Origin: a bacterium
GTDB taxonomy: Bacteria > Patescibacteriota > Minisyncoccia > Phycocordibacterales > UBA5272
DNA length: 33,169 nt
NCBI GenBank assembly: GCA_043751115.1
Contig: JAYVAE010000001.1
Coordinates: 1-33,169, forward strand
Direction of reading: 5' to 3'
The position numbers and the translations under genes are program-made. Shown here in pieces: positions 1-6,939 of this stretch (its first letter is position 1; each line of letters opens with the position of its first letter). The notes under the pieces are model-generated. The model ran no database searches, had not been told where the DNA came from, and saw only the letters and a program-made list of their open reading frames with translations.

Positions 1-11
1 TTGTTCCCGTG

Positions 12-270
12 TTAGATCACTGGGGTATTTTTTAAGCATAGATTACTACGTAACCTTGATAGTAAAGGGGCTACTGTGCTTTTAGTGTAGTACTGGGTGT
101 GGAGAAAAGATAGTGGATGGGTTATAAGTCTCCTATATTCAAGTTTAATGAAAGCAATGAAGGAAGCGAAGATATGATTTCTTTGTGAGGTGGCACATGT
201 TGAGTAGTATTTTTCAATACCCGTTGTTTGCATGAATGTTGTGTGGTGAGAGTGTGCGTAGGTCCTAATT
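12..270 (-). pseudogene. Possible C-terminal remnant of a DDE transposase (IS4/IS701-like tail)
   Basis: The minus-strand frame reads ...HSHHTTFMQTTGIEKYYSTCATSQRNHIFASFIAFIKLE... This resembles the H-x3-K-x3-G-I-E-K ... Q-x-N-H tail of IS4/IS701-type transposases. No catalytic N-terminal part can exist because the SPFH gene ends at 274. Recognised by eye only. Confidence 0.25.
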
Positions 271-273
271 AAT

Positions 274-1035
274 TTATTTCTTATCTAAATGTGATGATAG
301 ACTTCTAATTCCTTCAAGCACCTCAACTGGCAAAGCAAAGATAACTGTTTTTGATGGGTCGCCATTTATTTTTTCTATTGTCTGCAAGGTTCTCATTGAA
401 AGACCGCCCGGAGTGGAACTAAGGATTTTAGCTGCTTGCGCTAAACGTTCGGAAGCTTGAAATTCTCCTTCGGCTCTAATAATGATTGCTCGTCGTTCTC
501 TTTCAGATTCAGCCTGCTTTGCCATAACGCGTTTCATATCAGCAGGCAATTCGATGTCCTGTATTTTTATGTCAGTAACTAATAAACCCCAAGATTGTGT
601 AGCGTTCACAACAATTTTCTGAATTGCTTCTGCTGTTTGTTCTCTTTCTGAAAGTAGCGAGTCAAGCTCAATTCCACCAATGACATCACGGAGAGCGGCT
701 TGAGCATATTGAGAAACGGCAAGTGTATAATCTTTAATATTCAAAATCGCGTTTTCTGCGGATGTTACTTGAAAATATACAACTGCATTGATACCTACAG
801 GAACATTATCTTTTGTAATAACTTCCTGTTGGGGGATATCGGTAGTAGTAATACGCATATCAATCTTTGTCATTTTCTGAAAAACAATAAGAATCCAAGT
901 TAATCCTGGTTGTCTTGTACTTGTATATTTTCCAAGCGTTAATACGACACCACGTTCATATTGATTAATGACTCTCAGACCAAATAGAATAATCAAAACC
1001 ACTATTACGAATAGCCCAATTAAAAGTATTTCCAT
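274..1035 (-). CDS. SPFH/band-7 (stomatin/prohibitin-like) membrane protein
   Basis: 253-aa ORF with an N-terminal TM helix (ILLIGLFVIVVLIILFGL). It continues RVINQYERGVVLTLGK... and ...IQDIELPADMKRVMAKQAESERERRAIIIRAEGE, typical of an SPFH domain plus coiled-coil tail. Confidence 0.9.
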   Translation of the reverse strand: MEILLIGLFVIVVLIILFGLRVINQYERGVVLTLGKYTSTRQPGLTWILIVFQKMTKIDMRITTTDIPQQEVITKDNVPVGINAVVYFQVTSAENAILNIKDYTLAVSQYAQAALRDVIGGIELDSLLSEREQTAEAIQKIVVNATQSWGLLVTDIKIQDIELPADMKRVMAKQAESERERRAIIIRAEGEFQASERLAQAAKILSSTPGGLSMRTLQTIEKINGDPSKTVIFALPVEVLEGIRSLSSHLDKK

Positions 1036-1235
1036 AGTTTTAGTATATCAGTACAAGTGTTGACAACACAATGGGACATCCCTGAATTCAACATTCTAAC
1101 GCAAGACCTGTACGTTCATAGAATACCTCATATGCGAGACTGTAAAACTCCTTGTGTAAAGGATGGGTTGTTCGTAATTACAAGTCTTAGAAAGCAAGAA
1201 ATTCATTGAAATATCGCTGTTTCTAGCTACTTTGC

Positions 1236-1264
1236 TTGACTTTTACAGTGAAATGTGCTATGAT
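1236..1264 (+). promoter_or_regulatory. Candidate sigma-70 promoter for the DGR target gene
   Basis: TTGACT (1236-1241), a 17-nt spacer, then TATGAT (1259-1264) preceded by TGC (extended -10-like). It sits about 170 nt upstream of the target gene start. Confidence 0.4.
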
Positions 1265-1293
1265 ACAAGGTAGTTCTTTGATATTCTAACTTG

Positions 1294-1351
1294 CATATGG
1301 TCATAGCGAAAAGTTGCTTACAAATAAGCCATTTCTCGCTATGACCATATG
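1294..1351. promoter_or_regulatory. Perfect 16-bp inverted repeat (26-nt spacer) in the target-gene leader
   Basis: CATATGGTCATAGCGA (1294-1309) is the exact reverse complement of TCGCTATGACCATATG (1336-1351). It lies between the candidate promoter and the RBS. Function is unknown (operator or RNA stem). Confidence 0.5.
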
Positions 1352-1432
1352 GTTAATAGTTCCTCCTCGGATTAGAGGATTTCATGTCTAGCAGACATGA
1401 ATCAATCGGCTATCAGCCGGAAGGAGTATTTC

Positions 1433-2050
1433 ATGGCCAAGTACAATCTCTACGTCGAAGACGTGAGTGTCGAGGCGATTTTCAACAAGCTCGGCGGAAT
1501 GGAAGGTGCTCGTCGCTTTCTGCGTGACGAACTGACGCTTTCCGAAGTCGTCCGTTCTTGGCGCGAAGAAGATGGCATCATCCGCTTCTCGGTCACGTCC
1601 GACGGCACCTCTGGTGCCAGCTGGATCGAATGCTTGGAACACGACGGTTACAACGTCGGCAGCTACGCCAAGCAAATCCTCCTGTCTCCCGACTTCAAGC
1701 CGACCAAGGGTGTCGTAACCGAGATCGTCGTCATGAAGGGCTCGCTCTTCTCGAATGACGAACGCATCACACGAAACATCCGTGCGGAAGCAACCAAGCG
1801 GAAGTACGTCGCTCCCAACCCCGAAGTCGCCTGTCTCATCCGTGTCATGTTCACCGACAAGGAGATTGAAGACATGGGTCTCTGGGGTATCGTCACGATG
1901 CACGAGCCCATCAAGGACTCCGATGGCGATCCGAGCTTGCTCTACGCGAGCCGTGACGACAAGGGTCGCTGGCTGTACGCGTATCACGTCAACCCTGCCT
2001 TCAGGTGGTTCGATGTCAACGGGTTCGCGTTTGCCGTTCTCGCAAGTTAG
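1433..2050 (+). CDS. DGR variable (target) protein; C-terminal 42 aa encoded by the VR
   Basis: The ORF runs 1397-2050. The ATG at 1433 has a strong SD (GGAAGGAG, 1419-1426, 6-nt spacer), so 1433 is preferred. The C-terminus DSDGDPSLLYASRDDKGRWLYAYHVNPAFRWFDVNGFAFAVLAS is encoded by the VR. The gene is markedly more GC-rich than its surroundings. No signal peptide or TM segment is visible. Confidence 0.85.
   Translation: MAKYNLYVEDVSVEAIFNKLGGMEGARRFLRDELTLSEVVRSWREEDGIIRFSVTSDGTSGASWIECLEHDGYNVGSYAKQILLSPDFKPTKGVVTEIVVMKGSLFSNDERITRNIRAEATKRKYVAPNPEVACLIRVMFTDKEIEDMGLWGIVTMHEPIKDSDGDPSLLYASRDDKGRWLYAYHVNPAFRWFDVNGFAFAVLAS
1919..2045 (+). repeat. DGR variable repeat (VR)
   Basis: 127-nt match to 2425-2551 (offset 506) with 13 differences. 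Twelve fall where the TR has A (VR positions 1935, 1950, 1955, 1976, 1985, 1989, 1998, 2000, 2001, 2009, 2010, 2016). One is a synonymous T/C at 1984. The last 29 nt are identical. Confidence 0.92.
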
Positions 2051-2112
2051 AACTTAGATTTTGGTCACTTTGGTCTCAATTAGCACTTGGACCCTTTGAC
2101 CTTAGTCCTTGT

Positions 2113-2148
2113 CCCGCACGGTACTCCGTGCGGGGCTTTTTCATTTTT
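2113..2148 (+). terminator. GC-rich hairpin plus T-tract downstream of the target gene
   Basis: CCCGCACGG (2113-2121), loop TACT, CCGTGCGGG (2126-2134), followed by GCTTTTTCATTTTT. This is intrinsic-terminator geometry. It may also act as a DGR target-site hairpin. Confidence 0.6.
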
Positions 2149-2424
2149 ATATTTTCGTAATGTTACAATTATGAGTGAGAGTAGGTGAATATGTGAGTGA
2201 TCACGGTTGATCGCTACCGAAATTAGTATCCATACATTCTGAGTATCTTAGATTACGGTTTAAGGTAGAGTGGTGTATGTGCAGATTTATTTACGTCCAA
2301 GATGTGAATCTGCTGATTCAAAAATGAAGATACTTGGTATAGAGTGCTAGGGCATTGTCATGCCGAATACGATACAACCTTAAGAGCATTCAAGGGGTGG
2401 TGGAATGGAAGGCACTCTATACAA

Positions 2425-2551
2425 TCCGATGGCGATCCGAACTTGCTCTACGCGAACCGTAACGACAAGGGTCGCTGGCTGAACGCGTACAACGACAACC
2501 CTGACAACAGGTGGAACGATGACAACGGGTTCGCGTTTGCCGTTCTCGCAA
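2425..2551 (+). repeat. DGR template repeat (TR), non-coding
   Basis: Adenine-rich counterpart of the VR. It contains 32 A by hand count, many within AAC/GAC triplets in the VR reading frame (...NLLYANRNDKGRWLNAYNDNPDNRWNDDNGF...). It lies between the target gene and avd/RT. Confidence 0.92.
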
Positions 2552-2564
2552 CTATCTCATTTCT

Positions 2565-2600
2565 AAAAGCCGATACATATCGGCTTTTAGTTTTTCTTTT
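2565..2600. terminator. Bidirectional hairpin terminator after the TR and after avd
   Basis: AAAAGCCGAT (2565-2574), loop ACAT, ATCGGCTTTT (2579-2588), then T-rich TAGTTTTTCTTTT. The A-tract on the other side serves the convergent avd, whose stop is at 2599-2601. Confidence 0.55.
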
Positions 2601-2934
2601 ACTTATGCTCTCTTGTTAGTTGTCCATGCCATCCACCAAGCATTCTACCTACTTCATCAAATGGCACAGAAATTGCAATGTACTTTTTGTCATCAATTGA
2701 TTTGCTCTCCCATAGTATGAGTAGCAACACTTTTGCGGTATCCATCTTTCGTATTGCAATACGCACATACGGATGCTTCTCATCTTTAGACAAAAAGCTG
2801 GCTTGGGCTATGGCTTCTATCGTTTCAATCAGAAGTTGATCAATTTTCTGGCCAAGTGTGTATCTATGATACTTGGGGAGTATTTGGTACAGCTGTATCC
2901 ACTCCATGTAGCCACTTTTTAGCTTTTCAAGCAC
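2599..2934 (-). CDS. avd: Avd-like accessory variability determinant (four-helix-bundle, 23S rRNA-IVS protein family)
   Basis: 111-aa ORF: ...WIQLYQILPKYHRYTLGQKIDQLLIETIEAIAQA...LLLILWESKSIDDKKY...EVGRMLGGW... This matches the Avd/four-helix-bundle pattern (P-K-x-x-R/K-Y-x-L-G-x-Q/K-I ... G-x-M-L-G-G-W). The start at 2934 is GTG; an alternative ATG is at 2907. It is on the strand opposite to the TR and RT. Confidence 0.8.
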   Translation of the reverse strand: MLEKLKSGYMEWIQLYQILPKYHRYTLGQKIDQLLIETIEAIAQASFLSKDEKHPYVRIAIRKMDTAKVLLLILWESKSIDDKKYIAISVPFDEVGRMLGGWHGQLTREHK

Positions 2935-2969
2935 TGGTAGTAATTGCGGGGGGGGGTAGACTTCACAGG

Positions 2970-3962
2970 ATGAGAATTACTTTTAATCATTCATATAATG
3001 ATACCATTTCAATCGAGAATTTACTCTTGGCATGGAAGGAATTTGAGAAGGGCAAAAAGTCACGTATCGATGTGCAGATATTTGAAAGGAATCTCATGAG
3101 TAATATCTTATCACTCCATCAAGATCTCGTTTCCAAAGTCTACAAGCATGGAGCGTATTTTGCCTTCAATATCTCTGACCCAAAGCCACGAAATATTCAC
3201 AAAGCATCCGTGCGTGACAGGCTACTTCATCACGCTATTTATCGTATCCTATACCCATTTTTCGACAAGACGTTTATTGCAGACTCATACTCATGCAGAG
3301 TAAAGAAATGAACACACAGAGCTCTCAGGAGATTTGAATATTTCGTAAGAAAGGTGTCGAAGAATCATACGAAGACGTGCTGGGTGCTCAAGTGTGATAT
3401 ACGAAAGTTCTTTGCTTCAATTGATCAGAAAATACTGCTTGATATTTTAGATGGTTATATTAGTGACAAGGATATTGTGCAATTACTCGCCACCGTCATC
3501 GAGAGCTTTCACTCCACAGATGTCGGCAAAGGTCTACCACTCGGTAATCTCACCTCACAACTCTTTGTGAATATTTACATGAATGAGTTTGATCAGTTTG
3601 TGAAGCACAGGCTGAAAGCGAAACACTATATACGCTATGCAGATGATTTTGTGGTTCTTTCGACTGATAGAAATGAGCTAGAAATGCTCCGTCAAAAGGT
3701 GGGAGACTTTTTGACGACGCGACTTCATCTCTCACTTCATCCAAACAAAGTATCCATCGAGACCTTTGCTTCAGGTATAGATTTCTTGGGATGGGTGCAT
3801 TTTCCAAAACACAGAGTACTGAGGACTGCGACCAAGAGAAAAATGATTGCAAGGGTGAGTGAGAAAAACGTCACATTATATCTTGGTCTACTCTCGCATG
3901 GAAATACGCATGAGCTGAGAGAAGAATTGAAAAAGTATTTGACTAATGTGTCAGGAGCCTAA
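2970..3962 (+). CDS. DGR reverse transcriptase, one reading frame interrupted by a single in-frame TGA (3309-3311)
   Basis: The ATG at 2970 opens MRITFNHSYNDTISIENLLLAWKEFEKGKK... The motifs SYSCRVKK*THRAL, VLKCDIRKFFASIDQ, LPLGNLTSQLFVNIYMNEFD (the DGR-clade signature as I recall it) and IRYADDFVVL (YxDD) are present. The two track ORFs (2856-3311 and 3354-3962) are in the same frame. Confidence 0.85.
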
Positions 3963-4014
3963 ATAACGCATACCACGCTTAGTGGGAGGGGTTGCGCATG
4001 CTACACTATTTCTC

Positions 4015-4944
4015 ATGAAAATGCTGAAAGTATTTGTTCCTTTTCTCTTCGTCACATCATTTCTCGTTTTTTATTATTTCCATATACAAAAGTACGGCGG
4101 GGGAATGATAGATCCAGCTGGCATTATCGCAGTAGCAGAGAAAAATCTCATGCTCACCGCCTTTGGTCTCATGATGATTGTGGTGGTGCCTGTCTTTATC
4201 ATGCTTTTTGCTTTTGCTTGGAGGTATAGAGCAGGGAATAAGCATGCGAAATATAGTCCAGACTTTCATGAGAGCAAAACTCTGGAAATAATTTGGTGGA
4301 TTGTGCCTGGTTTCATTGTTTTTCTGCTCGCTATTATCACTTGGAAAAGCACTCATGAGCTTGACCCTTATAAGCCACTAGTCAGTGATAAAAAGCCCAT
4401 TACAATACAAGTTGTTGCTCTCGACTGGAAGTGGCTCTTTATTTATCCCGATGAACAAATAGCAACAGTAAACCTTCTTCAAATTCCGAAAGATGTTCCT
4501 ATAAACTTTCGCATAACAGCAGACGCCCCTATGAATAGTTTTTGGATACCACAGCTTGGCGGGCAAGTATATGCTATGGGTGGCATGACGACACAGCTTC
4601 ACCTTATGGGAAGCAAAGAGGGTGATTACAAGGGCCTTTCAGCTAATTTTAGTGGAGACGGCTTTGGCGGTATGAAATTTATTGCTCGCGTAAGCTCAGT
4701 TTCTTCATATGAGGACTGGCTTAAAGAAGTAAGAAATTCCCCTTATGCGCTCACAGAGTCTGAATACGAAATGTTGAGGAAGCCTACAAGTTATGATGGT
4801 ATATCCTACTATGCCTTTTCTCAGCCTGGACTATTTCAAAAAATTGTTGATAGGTACATGCTTCCTGAAAACTCTTTTTCTCCAGATGGGACTCAGTATA
4901 AAGTGAAGTCTCACAGGCATGATAAACATGATAAATTGGAGTAA
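4015..4944 (+). CDS. cyoA: Cytochrome bo3-type ubiquinol oxidase subunit II
   Basis: LTAFGLMMIVVVPVFIMLFAFAWRYRAGNKHAKYSPDFHESKTLEIIWW... and ...MNSFWIPQLGGQVYAMGGMTTQLHLMG...GLSANFSGDGFGGMKF closely follow the CyoA pattern. No CuA Cys/His ligands are present, so it is a quinol oxidase type. The track ORF starts at GTG 3982; ATG 4015 is preferred. Confidence 0.88.
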   Translation: MKMLKVFVPFLFVTSFLVFYYFHIQKYGGGMIDPAGIIAVAEKNLMLTAFGLMMIVVVPVFIMLFAFAWRYRAGNKHAKYSPDFHESKTLEIIWWIVPGFIVFLLAIITWKSTHELDPYKPLVSDKKPITIQVVALDWKWLFIYPDEQIATVNLLQIPKDVPINFRITADAPMNSFWIPQLGGQVYAMGGMTTQLHLMGSKEGDYKGLSANFSGDGFGGMKFIARVSSVSSYEDWLKEVRNSPYALTESEYEMLRKPTSYDGISYYAFSQPGLFQKIVDRYMLPENSFSPDGTQYKVKSHRHDKHDKLE

Positions 4945-4965
4945 TACATAGTATACTTTCACCAT

Positions 4966-6939
4966 ATGTTTGGTAAATTAACTTTAGACGCATTTCCTAA
5001 CGATGTTATCGTGATTGTGGCATCACTTCTAATGGTTGTGGTGGCGTCGCTCGTAATCGGATTACTGTTTTATTTTAAAAAATGGAAATGGCTTTGGAAT
5101 GAGTGGATAACGACAGTCGATCACAAAAAGATTGGCATCATGTACATCTTACTCTCTACCGTTATGTTTATTCGAGGTTTTACGGACGCTATGCTCATGC
5201 GTACTCAGCAGGCAGTATCTGTGGGAGAGTCGTATGGATTTTTACCACCGGACCATTATGATCAGATATTTACGGCACACGGCGTTATCATGATTTTCTT
5301 TGTGGCAATGCCGCTCATGTTTGGACTCATCAACTTTGTGCTTCCATTACAAATTGGTGCGCGTGACGTTGCCTTCCCTTTTCTCAATTCTCTTTCGTTT
5401 TGGCTTACTTTTTTTGCTGCCATGCTGGTGAACGCTTCACTTGCTATCGGAGACTTCGCAGCGACAGGGTGGCTCGCATATCCGCCACTCTCTGGCATAC
5501 AGTTTAGTCCGGGAGTGGGAGTGGATTATTATATTTGGGCGCTACAAATTGGAGGTGTAGGAACACTTCTTTCTGCCATAAACTTTTTTGTGACAGTGCT
5601 CATGATGAGAGCGCCTGGAATGACCCTCATGCGTATGCCGGTATTTACCTGGACAAGTTTTTGCTCAATGATACTGGTTATCGTTTCTTTTCCAATATTA
5701 ACTGCGACGCTCTTCATGCTGTCCCTCGATAGATATTTTGGCATGCACTTCTTCACCATGGATGGCGGAGGTAACCCAATGATGTATATAAATCTCATAT
5801 GGGCATGGGGTCATCCAGAAGTATATATACTTATGCTTCCAGCTTTTGGTATTTTTTCAGAAATAGTTTCAACGTTTGCAAAGAAGAGGCTTTTTGGTTA
5901 CACAACGATGATATACGCCACGATTGCAATAACAGTGCTCTCTTTCCTTGTTTGGGTGCATCACTTCTTTACCATGGGATCAGGGGCGAGCGTGAATGCC
6001 TTCTTCGGTATTATGACAATGATTATCGCAATACCGACTGGAGTAAAGATATTTAACTGGCTCTTTACTATGTATAGAGGGCGTATTACTTTTGCGAGCC
6101 CCATGCTGTGGATGATCGGTTTTATCGCGACTTTTACTTTTGGTGGTATGACGGGAGTACTCCTGTCGCTTCCTGCTGTCGACTTTCAATTACATAATAG
6201 TTTATTTCTTGTCGCTCATTTCCATAATACGATTATTGGAGGAGTCCTCTTTGGATACTTTGCTGGGGTCGCTTATTGGTTTCCGAAGATATTTGGTTTT
6301 TCTCTTAACGAAAAGTTGGGGAAGCTTGCATTTTGGCACTGGATACTTGGGTTTTTTGTTGCGTTCACACCGCTTTACATACTTGGACTTCTCGGCATGA
6401 CACGAAGGCTTCAGCATATAGAAGGCGGAAATGGTTGGCAGACATTACTGATTATCTCGCTTTGTGGGGCTGTCATTATCGGCATCGGTATAGTGATACA
6501 GTTAGTACAGATAGTCGTGAGCTTTCTCCAAAGAAAAAAGAATCTGGACACAACGGGCGATCCATGGGATGGAAGGAATCTTGAGTGGTCAACATCTTCT
6601 CCTCCACCCCATTATAACTTTGCTCATATTCCTACTGTTTATGGACGTCAAGCATTTTGGGATATGAAATATGGTAATGAGTATCAAAACCTCCACCACC
6701 ACTTTGAAGATATAACAATGCCAAAAAATACTCCAGCAGGCTTCTTCATCGCAGGACTTAGCTTTGTACTCGGCTTTTCACTCGTGTGGCATATATGGTG
6801 GCTTGTCGTCATATCGTTTCTTGCAATACTCTTTGTTGTCATAATGCGCTCTTTCGAAGAAGATACTGAGTATATAATTCCGAAAGAAACTATTGCACTT
6901 CATGAGGCAAGTCGGCATCATTATCTTAAAGCACTATGA
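4966..6939 (+). CDS. cyoB: Cytochrome bo3-type ubiquinol oxidase subunit I (heme-copper oxidase)
   Basis: 657-aa polytopic protein with hallmark heme-copper motifs ([24 protein letters not shown]...). Its stop overlaps the cyoC start (ATGA). Confidence 0.93.
   Translation: MFGKLTLDAFPNDVIVIVASLLMVVVASLVIGLLFYFKKWKWLWNEWITTVDHKKIGIMYILLSTVMFIRGFTDAMLMRTQQAVSVGESYGFLPPDHYDQIFTAHGVIMIFFVAMPLMFGLINFVLPLQIGARDVAFPFLNSLSFWLTFFAAMLVNASLAIGDFAATGWLAYPPLSGIQFSPGVGVDYYIWALQIGGVGTLLSAINFFVTVLMMRAPGMTLMRMPVFTWTSFCSMILVIVSFPILTATLFMLSLDRYFGMHFFTMDGGGNPMMYINLIWAWGHPEVYILMLPAFGIFSEIVSTFAKKRLFGYTTMIYATIAITVLSFLVWVHHFFTMGSGASVNAFFGIMTMIIAIPTGVKIFNWLFTMYRGRITFASPMLWMIGFIATFTFGGMTGVLLSLPAVDFQLHNSLFLVAHFHNTIIGGVLFGYFAGVAYWFPKIFGFSLNEKLGKLAFWHWILGFFVAFTPLYILGLLGMTRRLQHIEGGNGWQTLLIISLCGAVIIGIGIVIQLVQIVVSFLQRKKNLDTTGDPWDGRNLEWSTSSPPPHYNFAHIPTVYGRQAFWDMKYGNEYQNLHHHFEDITMPKNTPAGFFIAGLSFVLGFSLVWHIWWLVVISFLAILFVVIMRSFEEDTEYIIPKETIALHEASRHHYLKAL

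Larger units (their letters stand above)
1236..3962 (+). mobile_element. Diversity-generating retroelement cassette (target/VR - TR - avd(inverted) - RT)
   Basis: It combines a VR/TR pair with adenine-specific mismatches, an Avd-like gene and a DGR-type RT. Confidence 0.88.

Noticed and set aside
1388-2057. Multiple long ORFs on both strands and frames overlapping the DGR target gene (199 aa, 100 aa, 83 aa and 66 aa ORFs)
   Set aside because: They are a side effect of the locally high G+C, which makes stop codons rare. Only the 1433-2050 frame has an SD, ends in the VR and gives a protein-like sequence.
2344-2619. 91-aa ORF in the track that translates the TR (…SDGDPNLLYANRNDKGRWLNAYNDNPDNRWNDDNGFAFAVLAT…)
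   Set aside because: Its similarity to the target C-terminus is explained by it being the DGR template repeat. It has no SD. Its N-terminal part is AT-rich leader and its tail runs through the terminator hairpin. It is treated as non-coding TR RNA.
2856-2969. N-terminal extension of the RT ORF overlapping avd on the opposite strand
   Set aside because: The extension (MCIYDTWGVFGTAVSTPCS...) is antisense to avd and has no RT similarity. The conserved RT N-terminus begins at ATG 2970.
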